A DNA stretch of 24,977 nucleotides. It comes from an uncultured Dehalococcoidales bacterium. GTDB lineage: Bacteria; Chloroflexota; Dehalococcoidia; Dehalococcoidales; W111. Position 1 is the stretch's first letter; each line of letters starts with the position of its first letter. A program made the position numbers and the translations under genes. This document shows positions 17,143-24,977 of this stretch, one piece after another. The DNA is taken from NCBI GenBank assembly GCA_964517985.1, contig CAZFCV010000001.1:1-24977 (forward strand), in the 5' to 3' direction. The notes under the pieces were generated by a model. The model worked only from the letters and a program-made list of their open reading frames with translations, ran no database searches and had not been told where the DNA came from.

Positions 17143-18060
17143 CTACCCCGGTTTCTGGCCGGTTAGCCTCTGGTAAGCCTGCTCGTATCTTTTCGTTGTG
17201 CTGGCAATGACCTCTTCTGGTAGTGGTGGGGCGGGGGGCTCCTTGTCCCACCCCGAGGCGATGAGCCAGTCCCGAACCGGTTGCTTATCATAGCTGGGCT
17301 GGTCCTGACCGAGCCTGTACTGGGCGGCGTCCCAGAACCGGGACGAGTCCGGGGTGAGCAGCTCGTCAATAAGGATAAGCCCCTTATTATCCAGCCCGAA
17401 CTCCATCTTGGTATCGGCGATGATAATGCCCCGGCTTGCCGCCAGGTCCTGAGCGTAGCGGTAGATGGCAAGCGTTTTTTCCCTTAGCTCCTCCGCCCGG
17501 GCTTCCCCGACCAGCTCTTTCATCTCGTCATCGGTCAGGGGCTGGTCGTGCCCGCTTTCTGCCTTGGTGGTGGGTGTGAACAGCGGCTGGGGTAGCTGCT
17601 GGCTCTGTTGTAAGCCCCTTTCCAGGGCTACCCCGGAGACGGTGCCCAGTTCCTGATACTCCGCCCATGCCGAGCCGGCGAGGTAGCCGCGGATAACGCA
17701 CTCGACAGGGAGGCGTTCTACCCTCTTCACCACCATTGCCCGGCCGGCAAGGTAGGCGGGGTAGGCGAAGCGGCTCCGGGTGGGGAGGTAGTCATCAAGG
17801 CGGCGGGCGTCATCAACTGCGGCTATCAGGTGGTTGGGTATCAGGTCTCTGGTCCTGTCAAACCAGAAGGCGGAGAGCTGGTTGAGCACCGCCCCTTTTC
17901 CGGGGATGCCGCAGGGCAGCACGGAATCAAAGGCGGATATCCGGTCGGTGGCGATGATGAGCAGCCGGTCGCCGAGCTCGTAGGTATCCCGCACCTTGCC
18001 CCGGATGAACAGGGGCAGTGGCAGATCGGTGTCCAGTAAAACCGGTTGGTTTGTCTTCAT
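17143..18060 (-). CDS. purC: SAICAR synthetase
   Basis: RGKVRDTYE, ATDRISAFD, PVECVIRGYLAGS, IIADTKMEFG, DELLTPDSSRFW, DKQPVRDW. Confidence 0.98.
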   Translation of the reverse strand: MKTNQPVLLDTDLPLPLFIRGKVRDTYELGDRLLIIATDRISAFDSVLPCGIPGKGAVLNQLSAFWFDRTRDLIPNHLIAAVDDARRLDDYLPTRSRFAYPAYLAGRAMVVKRVERLPVECVIRGYLAGSAWAEYQELGTVSGVALERGLQQSQQLPQPLFTPTTKAESGHDQPLTDDEMKELVGEARAEELREKTLAIYRYAQDLAASRGIIIADTKMEFGLDNKGLILIDELLTPDSSRFWDAAQYRLGQDQPSYDKQPVRDWLIASGWDKEPPAPPLPEEVIASTTKRYEQAYQRLTGQKPG

Positions 18061-18068
18061 AATGCTCC

Positions 18069-19418
18069 TTACAGGGCTCTTGGCGTCAGGTCGATCGGTT
18101 TAGTTGTCTTGGGCTTCCACTGTGTGCTGGTCAGCCCCAGGCGCCGGAAGATGTCATCTATATAGCGCAGGTAGTACTGGACATCAAAGAGCGCCTCCAG
18201 CTCTGGCTGGGGGAGGACAGCCGTAACCTCGGGGTCAGCCTTGAGCAGGGTGAGGAATTTCTTGTTCTGCAGCCAGACCCGCATGGCATTGCGCTGTACC
18301 ATCTCGTAGGCTTTCTTCCGGGAGAGACCTTTCTCAATAAGCGCCAGCATCACCCGCTGGGAGAAGACCAGCCCCCGGGTAATATCAATATTCTGCCTCA
18401 TCTTCTTGGGATAGATGTGTAGCCCGCTCACCACGGAGGTGAACACGGCGAGGCAGTAGTCGGCTAGCAGGCAGGCATCGGGGATGGTGATGCGCTCGTT
18501 TGAGGAATGGCTGATGTCCCGCTCGTGCCACAGGGCGATGTTCTCCATTGCCGTCAGGGCGTAGCTGCGCACCAGCCGTGCCAGCCCGCAGATCCGCTCG
18601 CAGAGCTCCGGGTTCCGCTTGTGGGGCATGGCTGATGAGCCCGTCTGCCCGGCGCTGAAGGGCTCCTCCACCTCCCGCGCCTCCGTTTTTTGCAGCCCCC
18701 GGACCTCGGTGGCAAATTTCTCCAGCGAGCTGGCAATTATCGCCAGGGTGGTGATGAACTGGGCGTGGCGGTCACGCTGCAATACCTGGTTGGAGACCGG
18801 CGCCGGGGACAGCCCCAGCCGAGCGCAAGCCTTATCCTCAACATCGGGCGGTACCGTGGCGTAGGTGCCGACGGCGCCGGAAATCTTGCCCACGGCGATT
18901 ACCTTTCTGGCTTCTGCCAGCCGCTGCTGGTTGCGCCTCATCTCCTCGGTCCACAGTGCCAGCTTCAAGCCAAAGGAGATTGGCTCGGCGTGCACACCGT
19001 GGGTGCGACCAATCATCGGGGTATATTTGTGCTCTATTGCCTTATGTGCCAGTACTGCGATGAGGTCCTTTATATCCTGCATCAGTATCTCGCCAGCCTC
19101 AACCATTTGCAGACTGAGCCCGGTGTCAATGACATCGGAGGAGGTAAGGCCGAGGTGGACAAAGCGGGCTTCCTCGCCCAGGCTCTCCGATACGGAGCCG
19201 AGGAAGGCAGTCACATCATGGTGGGTCTCCTTGAGGATTTCCTCCATGCGCTTCAGGTTGCACCTTGCCAGTTTTATCTTGGGCATCGCTGCCTTGGGAA
19301 TGACACCCAGCTCTGCCCAGGCGTCGCAGGCGGCTATCTCGACCTCAAGCCACTTGTGGAACTTGTTTTCGTCAGACCATATTCTCTTCATCTGGGGGCG
19401 GGAATAACGCTCAATCAT
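18069..19418 (-). CDS. purB: Adenylosuccinate lyase
   Basis: MIERYSRP, HDVTAF, GLTSSD, GRTHGVHAEP, GSSAMPHKRNP, WHERDISHSS.ER. Confidence 0.98.
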   Translation of the reverse strand: MIERYSRPQMKRIWSDENKFHKWLEVEIAACDAWAELGVIPKAAMPKIKLARCNLKRMEEILKETHHDVTAFLGSVSESLGEEARFVHLGLTSSDVIDTGLSLQMVEAGEILMQDIKDLIAVLAHKAIEHKYTPMIGRTHGVHAEPISFGLKLALWTEEMRRNQQRLAEARKVIAVGKISGAVGTYATVPPDVEDKACARLGLSPAPVSNQVLQRDRHAQFITTLAIIASSLEKFATEVRGLQKTEAREVEEPFSAGQTGSSAMPHKRNPELCERICGLARLVRSYALTAMENIALWHERDISHSSNERITIPDACLLADYCLAVFTSVVSGLHIYPKKMRQNIDITRGLVFSQRVMLALIEKGLSRKKAYEMVQRNAMRVWLQNKKFLTLLKADPEVTAVLPQPELEALFDVQYYLRYIDDIFRRLGLTSTQWKPKTTKPIDLTPRAL

Positions 19419-19426
19419 GGCTCTCC

Positions 19427-19876
19427 TTACAGTTGGCTGCGGTATTTCTGGTAGTTTTCTAGTATCTCGGGGTGCTTCAAGCCCAGGATTTCGGCGGCAA
19501 GGTAGGCGGCATTTTTGGCTCCGGCGCTGCCGACGGCTACCGTGGCGACCGGTATGCCGGCGGGCATCTGGGCTATGGAGAGCAGGGCATCAAGCCCTTT
19601 CAGGTCGCTGCTGGCTAGGGGTACACCAATAACAGGCAGGGTTGTCCAGCTTGCCATTACCCCGGGCAGGTGGGCTGCCCCGCCGGCGGCGGCAATGATG
19701 ACCTCAATGCCGCGGCTGGTGGCGTCCTGGGCGAACTGCCTTGCCTTCTCCGGGTTGCGGTGCGCCGAGATTACATTCACCTCATAGCCGATACCGAGGC
19801 TGTCCAGCGTATCCAGTGTTGCCTGCATCACTGCGGCATCTGATTTAGAGCCCATAACGACGGCGACTGGTGGCAT
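19427..19876 (-). CDS. purE: N5-CAIR mutase (class I PurE)
   Basis: MGSKSD, SAHRNP, AGGAAHLPG, DALLSIAQMP.GIPVATV. Confidence 0.98.
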   Translation of the reverse strand: MPPVAVVMGSKSDAAVMQATLDTLDSLGIGYEVNVISAHRNPEKARQFAQDATSRGIEVIIAAAGGAAHLPGVMASWTTLPVIGVPLASSDLKGLDALLSIAQMPAGIPVATVAVGSAGAKNAAYLAAEILGLKHPEILENYQKYRSQL

Positions 19877-19882
19877 ATCCGG

Positions 19883-21142
19883 TTATCCTCCTACCAGGGC
19901 AATGTCTTTGCGGTAGTGGCAGCCCTCAAATTTAATGCGCGATATATTATCATAGACCTTTTTTCTCGCCCCGGCAAGTGTCCTTGCCGTTGCCGCCACG
20001 GTGAGCACCCTGCCGCCGCCGGTCACTACCTGCCCCGATTCCATCCTGGTGCCGGCGTGAAAGACCATTATGTCCCGGTCCACCTCGTTCAGCCCGCTGA
20101 TGGGAAAGCCCGTCTGGTAGCTTCCCGGGTAGCCGCCTGATGCCAGGACAACACCGGCGCAGGCGTCCTCGCTCCACGCCACCTCTATCTCGCCGAGCCG
20201 GTTGTCGGTCACCGCCAGCATGATGTCCACCAGATCGGTCTTGAGGCGGGGCAGGGTGACCTGGGTCTCCGGGTCACCAAAGCGGGCATTGAACTCCAGC
20301 GCCTTTGGCCCGTTATCAGTAATCATCAAGCCGCCATAGAGGACGCCCTTGTACGGGCTTCCCTCTTCGTGCATTGCCCTCACCGTGGGTTCCATAATGG
20401 TCTCGGCGACTGTTTTCTCCAGTGCCCCGGTGAGGAAGTGGGGCGGGCTGAAGCTGCCCATGCCGCCGGTGTTGGGGCCCCGGTCGCCATCAAAGGCAGG
20501 CTTATAGTCGCAGGCGGGTACCATCGGGATCACGGTATGGGCATCGGTGAAGGCAAAGGCGCTCATCTCCCTCCCGGAAAGGTGCTCCTCAATAACCACC
20601 CTGTCACCGGCGGCGCCGAAGACCCGGAACTCCATAATATCTCTCAGGGCATCCAGAGCCTGCGCCATTGTCCCGGCGATGATAACCCCCTTCCCCGCCG
20701 CCAGCCCGTCTGCCTTGATAACGATGGGCAGCGGCTGCCTCTGGACATACTCCCTTGCCTCGTTGTAATCGGAGAAGCTGGCGCTGCGGGCGCAGGGGAT
20801 GTTGTACTTCTGCATCAGCTCTTTGGCGAACACCTTGCTTGATTCCAGCCGGGCGGCTTCCCTGGTGGCGCCGAAGACCGGGAGCCCCCGGACGAGGAAC
20901 TCGTTGCCGATGCCGCTGGCTAGCGGTGCCTCTGGCCCAACGACGGTAAGGTCAACCCGGTTATCGCCGGCTGCCCTGACCAGCGCCCCGATATCGGTCG
21001 GGCTGATATCAAGGTTACGGGCAAGCTGCGCCGTGCCGGCGTTACCCGGGGCAGCATAAATCTCCTTGACCTTGGGGCTCTGGGCTAGCTTCCAGACCAG
21101 GGTATGCTCCCTAGCCCCGCCCCCGACCACCAGTATTTTTAT
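19883..21142 (-). CDS. purD: Phosphoribosylamine--glycine ligase; apparent ATA start codon
   Basis: (I/M)KILVVGGGAREH, APGNAG, VVGPEAPL, LESSK.FAK, KADGLAAGKGV, D.GPNTGGMG, EFNARFGDPE, GGRVL. The frame is closed by TAG immediately upstream of ATA 21142. Confidence 0.95.
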   Translation of the reverse strand: MKILVVGGGAREHTLVWKLAQSPKVKEIYAAPGNAGTAQLARNLDISPTDIGALVRAAGDNRVDLTVVGPEAPLASGIGNEFLVRGLPVFGATREAARLESSKVFAKELMQKYNIPCARSASFSDYNEAREYVQRQPLPIVIKADGLAAGKGVIIAGTMAQALDALRDIMEFRVFGAAGDRVVIEEHLSGREMSAFAFTDAHTVIPMVPACDYKPAFDGDRGPNTGGMGSFSPPHFLTGALEKTVAETIMEPTVRAMHEEGSPYKGVLYGGLMITDNGPKALEFNARFGDPETQVTLPRLKTDLVDIMLAVTDNRLGEIEVAWSEDACAGVVLASGGYPGSYQTGFPISGLNEVDRDIMVFHAGTRMESGQVVTGGGRVLTVAATARTLAGARKKVYDNISRIKFEGCHYRKDIALVGG

Positions 21143-21159
21143 CTACCTCACCCCCTCAG

Positions 21160-21287
21160 ATTTCTGTTGAACCCCATCCCCTTTATCCCCTTCCCCTTAA
21201 CAAGGGGAAGGGGAAGTAATTATATAAGAGGGGCGAAGCCCCTCTTGGACACCCCTTGGATTAACCTCCTTTACAGATATTTCTGTT
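21160..21287. repeat. REP-like double-hairpin element flanked by a 9-bp direct repeat
   Basis: Perfect stems TCCCCTTCCCCTT/AAGGGGAAGGGGA (21186-21214) and AAGAGGGGC/GCCCCTCTT (21226-21246); ATTTCTGTT at 21160-21168 and 21279-21287. Confidence 0.7.
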
Positions 21288-22959
21288 ACTCCCACTCAAT
21301 GGTTGAGGGGGGTTTGGAGGTAATATCGTAGACGACGCGGTTGACGCTGGGGACTTCGTTGACAACCCGGTTGGAGATGCGCGCCAGCAGGTCGTAGGGG
21401 AGGCGTGCCCAGTCGGCGGTCATGGCGTCGTCGCTGGTTACGGCGCGGACGGAAATCAGGTAGCCGTAGGTGCGGTAGTCGCCCATTACCCCGACGCTCT
21501 TGACGTCGGTGAGCACGGCAAAGCTCTGCCATAGCTGGCGGTAGAGCTTTGCTTTCTTTATCTCGTTCATGACGACCCAGTCGGCGTCACGCAGTATCTC
21601 CAGCTTCTCTCTGGTCACCTCGCCGATGATGCGGATTGCCAGACCGGGTCCGGGGAAGGGCTGGCGCCATACCATCTCCTCAGGCAGCCCCAGCTCCAGC
21701 CCGACCAGGCGCACCTCGTCCTTGAAGAGGTAGCGCAGCGGCTCAAGCAGCTTCAGTGTCATCCGGGCGGGCAGACCGCCAACGTTGTGATGTGTCTTTA
21801 TTGTTGCTGAGGCATTGCTCACCGATGAGGTGCTCTCAATGACATCGGGGTAGAGTGTCCCCTGAGCCAGGAAGTCAACCGTGCCTATCTTCTTGGCTTC
21901 CTCCTCAAATACGGTGATGAACTCCCCGCCGATAGCCTTGCGCTTCGTCTCCGGGTCAGTTATCCCTTTCAGGCGGCTGAGGAAGCGCTCCGTGGCGTCA
22001 ACATGGACGACATTCATGCCCAGGTTCAGGTGGAAGGTGTTAAAGGTTCTCTCCACCTCTTCGCGGCGGAGCAGCCCGTTGTTGACGAATATACAGGTGA
22101 GCTGGTCGCCGATGGCATGGTGGACGAGGGTGGCAACGACCGCCGAATCAACCCCGCCGGAGAGGGCGACGATAACCCTGCCTTCCCCCACCTGCTCCCT
22201 GATTCGGGATATGCTTTCGTTCATGAAATTGCCCATTGTCCAGTTGCCCTGGCAGCCGCATATCCGGTAGGCAAAGTTCCGGAGGATGGTCTTGCCGTCC
22301 GGGGTATGGGCGACCTCGGGGTGGAACTGGAGCCCGAATATCCGGTCATCATTGCCCATGACGGCAACGGGCGAGTTTTCCGTATAGGCAAGGGAGGTGA
22401 AACCGGGGGGCATTTCCTCAATCTTGTCGGCATGGCTCATCCATACCGGGGAGGGGGAGGGTAGGTCGGCAAAGAGCGGTGAATCTACATTGCTCAGGTG
22501 AAGGACGGCATGCCCGTATTCTCGTTTTGCTCCCGGTGACACCTGCCCCCCCAGCTGTTTGGTGAGAACCTGCATCCCGTAGCAGATGCCGAGTACGGGC
22601 AGGTGGCTCTCATAGATATAGGCTGGAGCCAGCGGCGCCTCCGGGTCATAAACGCTAGCCGGTCCGCCGGAGAGGATAAATCCCTTGGGGTTTAAGGGGG
22701 CTATCTTTTCCCAGGGGGTATCATGGGGCACAAGCTCGCAGTATACCTGGCACTCGCGTATGCGCCGGGCGATTAGCATGCTGTACTGTGAGCCGAAGTC
22801 AATGACGATTATCGCCTCGCGCTCCGCCGGGGATATGGCTTCCTCTGCCGTGACCGGCTGCTCACCGGCTATTCCCTTGGCAATCTCCAGGTAGGTGGAG
22901 ACCTCAATATCATCGCTGGTGGCTATTCGGTGGCTGTTGGCTGCCTTCGTCTTGTCCAT
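21286..22959 (-). CDS. guaA: GMP synthase (glutamine-hydrolysing) with ~45-aa N-terminal extension
   Basis: [66 protein letters not shown]. Confidence 0.98.
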   Translation of the reverse strand: MDKTKAANSHRIATSDDIEVSTYLEIAKGIAGEQPVTAEEAISPAEREAIIVIDFGSQYSMLIARRIRECQVYCELVPHDTPWEKIAPLNPKGFILSGGPASVYDPEAPLAPAYIYESHLPVLGICYGMQVLTKQLGGQVSPGAKREYGHAVLHLSNVDSPLFADLPSPSPVWMSHADKIEEMPPGFTSLAYTENSPVAVMGNDDRIFGLQFHPEVAHTPDGKTILRNFAYRICGCQGNWTMGNFMNESISRIREQVGEGRVIVALSGGVDSAVVATLVHHAIGDQLTCIFVNNGLLRREEVERTFNTFHLNLGMNVVHVDATERFLSRLKGITDPETKRKAIGGEFITVFEEEAKKIGTVDFLAQGTLYPDVIESTSSVSNASATIKTHHNVGGLPARMTLKLLEPLRYLFKDEVRLVGLELGLPEEMVWRQPFPGPGLAIRIIGEVTREKLEILRDADWVVMNEIKKAKLYRQLWQSFAVLTDVKSVGVMGDYRTYGYLISVRAVTSDDAMTADWARLPYDLLARISNRVVNEVPSVNRVVYDITSKPPSTIEWE

Positions 22960-22988
22960 TTACCCTCCACTGGGTGAGGAATAACACC

Positions 22989-23018
22989 ATTATACATGAC
23001 TCCCCGCTGCCACGACAA
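22989..23018 (-). promoter_or_regulatory. Promoter for guaA-purD-purE-purB-purC
   Basis: Minus strand TTGTCG (23018-23013), 18 nt, TATAAT (22994-22989); RBS GGAGGG before guaA. Confidence 0.55.
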
Positions 23019-23061
23019 TAACCGTGGATGATGAGTTTTGTTTATTGGCTTGGGGCGGCGG

Positions 23062-24201
23062 CTATCTGGTGTACCAGGCGAATAAGCCGGTTCCGACAAC
23101 CATTATTCCGGCGGCGGAGTAGAATACCGAATCAATGTTAACGAGTTCTTCAATGCCCCCGCCGATAAGGGGACCTATCGCCATGCCGATGCTCAGTGCC
23201 ACGTTCATCAGGGCCATGGTTGAGCCCATGCCAAACTTCTTGCCCTCATCAACCGTCATTGCTGAGTGGGAGGGCATAAAGAGTGCGCCGCCGAGGCCGC
23301 CCAGGACGCAGATGCCCAGCAGGGGCCAGAAGCTGTGTGTCAGGGGAATCAGAGCCAGGAAGGCGAGGGTGAGGGTGCTGCCCAGGATTACCAGTGTTCT
23401 ACGGTCAAATCTATCGGCGATACCGCCGGAGAAGCCCTGGAGCAGAGCCATCAGCAGCATGTTGGTTGCCAGCAGTATGCCGATGAGGGATGTGTTCAAG
23501 CCGAGATACAGGGCGGCAAAGAGGGGGAGGAAGGTGGCAAAGATACCCCTGCCCAGAGCAAAGGACAGGCGCTGGAGGAAAAGCCCTTTAACTGCGTTGC
23601 TGTCTCTCAACTGATGGAATGATGAACCGGAACCGGCGGCTCGCTGTGGCGTCCTGGCGTTGGGCAGGAAGAAGAGAACGCCGAGGAAGGCGATGAAGTT
23701 AAGTCCGCTCATGGTAGAGAAGGCAAATGTCATACCCAGGTGTTCCGTTAGCAGTCCGCCCAGCAAGGGGCCGACGCCAAAGCCGGCGAAGAAGGCAGAC
23801 TGAAAATAGCCCATCCACCTCCCCTCTTCACCCTTTGGAGCGATGTCACCGACATAGGCTTGAGCAATGGGCAGAATCATGCCGGTAGCGGCGCCGTGTA
23901 CGAGACGGACTATGGTTAGCTGGAGGACACTGTCTGCCGGTATGTAGCCCAGGGAAATGATGGCAAGGGCAAGAAGCCCGGTGGTGAGGTAGGGCTTTCG
24001 CCTACCCCGGTCGGAAAGCCGGCCGACAATGGGCATTATCAGGGTCCGGGAGAAGAAAAACGCGCCAAAGATAATGCCCACCCAGATACCGGTTGCCCCC
24101 ATACGCTCGGAGTAGAGGGGCAGGAGGGGGGCTATTATGCCGGCGCCGAGCATGGTGGAGAAGACGGCCAGGGCAATTATGGGAAAGACCTTTTTGATCA
24201 T
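23062..24201 (-). CDS. Major facilitator superfamily transporter
   Basis: Multi-TM profile; motif A GRLSDRGRRK and its repeat GGIADRFDRR; YVGDIAP..EEGR.MG. Confidence 0.92.
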   Translation of the reverse strand: MIKKVFPIIALAVFSTMLGAGIIAPLLPLYSERMGATGIWVGIIFGAFFFSRTLIMPIVGRLSDRGRRKPYLTTGLLALAIISLGYIPADSVLQLTIVRLVHGAATGMILPIAQAYVGDIAPKGEEGRWMGYFQSAFFAGFGVGPLLGGLLTEHLGMTFAFSTMSGLNFIAFLGVLFFLPNARTPQRAAGSGSSFHQLRDSNAVKGLFLQRLSFALGRGIFATFLPLFAALYLGLNTSLIGILLATNMLLMALLQGFSGGIADRFDRRTLVILGSTLTLAFLALIPLTHSFWPLLGICVLGGLGGALFMPSHSAMTVDEGKKFGMGSTMALMNVALSIGMAIGPLIGGGIEELVNIDSVFYSAAGIMVVGTGLFAWYTR

Positions 24202-24212
24202 CGGATGCCGTT

Positions 24213-24242
24213 ATTATAATACCCTGTCACGGAGCATGGCAA
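24213..24242 (-). promoter_or_regulatory. Promoter for the MFS gene
   Basis: Minus strand TTGCCA (24242-24237), 18 nt, TATAAT (24218-24213). Confidence 0.6.
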
Positions 24243-24252
24243 ACGACGGTAA

Positions 24253-24281
24253 TTGCACTTGCCGCTGGTGGTTGGTATAAT
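24253..24281 (+). promoter_or_regulatory. Promoter for thrS
   Basis: TTGCAC (24253-24258), 17 nt, TATAAT (24276-24281) with extended -10 TG. Confidence 0.75.
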
Positions 24282-24308
24282 TCAGTGTGTTTATGGTGGA
24301 TATCGGCA

Positions 24309-24977
24309 GTGGCTGTTGACCGGGAGAAGCCCGTGGTTGAAGACGACAGGCTGGAGGCGATGCGGCATTCGGCGGCTCATGTTATGGCGGAAGCCGTCCT
24401 GTCGCTCTTTCCCGATGCCAGGCTGGGCATCGGTCCCGCTATTGAAAACGGCTTCTATTATGACTTTGAGTTGCCCCGCCCCCTGACCCCGGAGGATTTG
24501 CCCCTTATTGAAGCCGGGATGAGGGAGATAATTGCCTCTGCGCAGCCCTTCATCAGGGAGGAGGTAGGCAAGGAAGAAGCCCGCCGCTTATTTGCTGCTC
24601 AGCCCTACAAGCTGGAGCTTATTGACGAAATCCCCGATGCCACGGTCAGCCTGTACCGGAATGGCTCTTTTGTTGATTTGTGCCGCGGTCCCCATGTCGG
24701 CTCCACCGGGGAGATAGGCGCTTTTAAGCTGGTCGGCATCGCCGGGGCATACTGGCGCGGGGAGGAACACCGCCCCATGCTGCAGCGCCTCTACGGGGTA
24801 GCCTTCGCTACCGATAAGGCGCTGGCGGAGCATCTGGAGAAACTGGAGGAAGCCGCCCGGCGCGACCACCGGAAACTGGGCAGAGAGCTTGACCTGTTCA
24901 GCATCCATGAAAAGGCGGGACCGGGGCTGGTGCACTGGCACCCCCGCGGGGCAGTAATACGCCGTGTTATTGAGGAC
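24309..24977 (+). CDS. thrS: Threonine--tRNA ligase, 5' part, runs off the window; lacks the N-terminal TGS domain (start 24309 or 24333 uncertain)
   Basis: Frame of ATG 24360: MRHSAAHVMAEAV, IGPAIENGFYYDF, DLCRGPHV, GAYWRG....MLQRLYG, RDHRKLGRELDLF, WHPRG. Not in the ORF track because there is no stop in the window. Confidence 0.96.
   Translation, partial: MAVDREKPVVEDDRLEAMRHSAAHVMAEAVLSLFPDARLGIGPAIENGFYYDFELPRPLTPEDLPLIEAGMREIIASAQPFIREEVGKEEARRLFAAQPYKLELIDEIPDATVSLYRNGSFVDLCRGPHVGSTGEIGAFKLVGIAGAYWRGEEHRPMLQRLYGVAFATDKALAEHLEKLEEAARRDHRKLGRELDLFSIHEKAGPGLVHWHPRGAVIRRVIED

Noticed and set aside
18690-19454. Long plus-strand ORFs (254 aa, 180 aa) opposite purB, and similar antisense ORFs over psd, hisG, purD, guaA and MFS
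   Set aside because: Typical high-GC shadow frames antisense to well-supported genes, with no recognisable motifs.
23010-23027. Short palindrome CCACG-N8-CGTGG over the guaA -35
   Set aside because: Only 5 bp with no U-tract and no second copy; compatible with chance. No purine riboswitch fits the short UTR.

Overview
This is a bacterial window, most likely Dehalococcoidia (Chloroflexota). That placement is inferred from the birA / SPFH-nfeD / his / pur-guaA gene order, the double-domain HisG, the short ThrRS and the CARDB-type surface protein; it is not proven. Positions ~1-6800 look accessory: the tail of an ATP-grasp gene, a Trm112-methyltransferase, a phosphatidylserine decarboxylase, and an in-frame chimera of a truncated B12 radical SAM enzyme with the tail of a dockerin-bearing beta-helix protein. 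Two cohesin genes follow, linked to the chimera by an 882-bp perfect tandem repeat (990-bp period). The rest is housekeeping: uppP, birA, nfeD-SPFH (minus), hisZ-hisG-hisD-[leader]-hisC-hisB-orf, guaA-purD-purE-purB-purC (minus), an MFS transporter and the 5' part of thrS. Main highlights: (1) a cohesin-dockerin system whose middle gene encodes a potentially self-polymerising cohesin-Ig-dockerin adaptor; (2) an unannotated Phe/Tyr/His-rich leader peptide with antiterminator and terminator in front of hisC; (3) a tandem HisG whose two domains have lost complementary motifs; (4) purD starting at ATA beside a double-hairpin insertion flanked by a 9-bp direct repeat. No rRNA, tRNA, CRISPR array or transposase was recognised.
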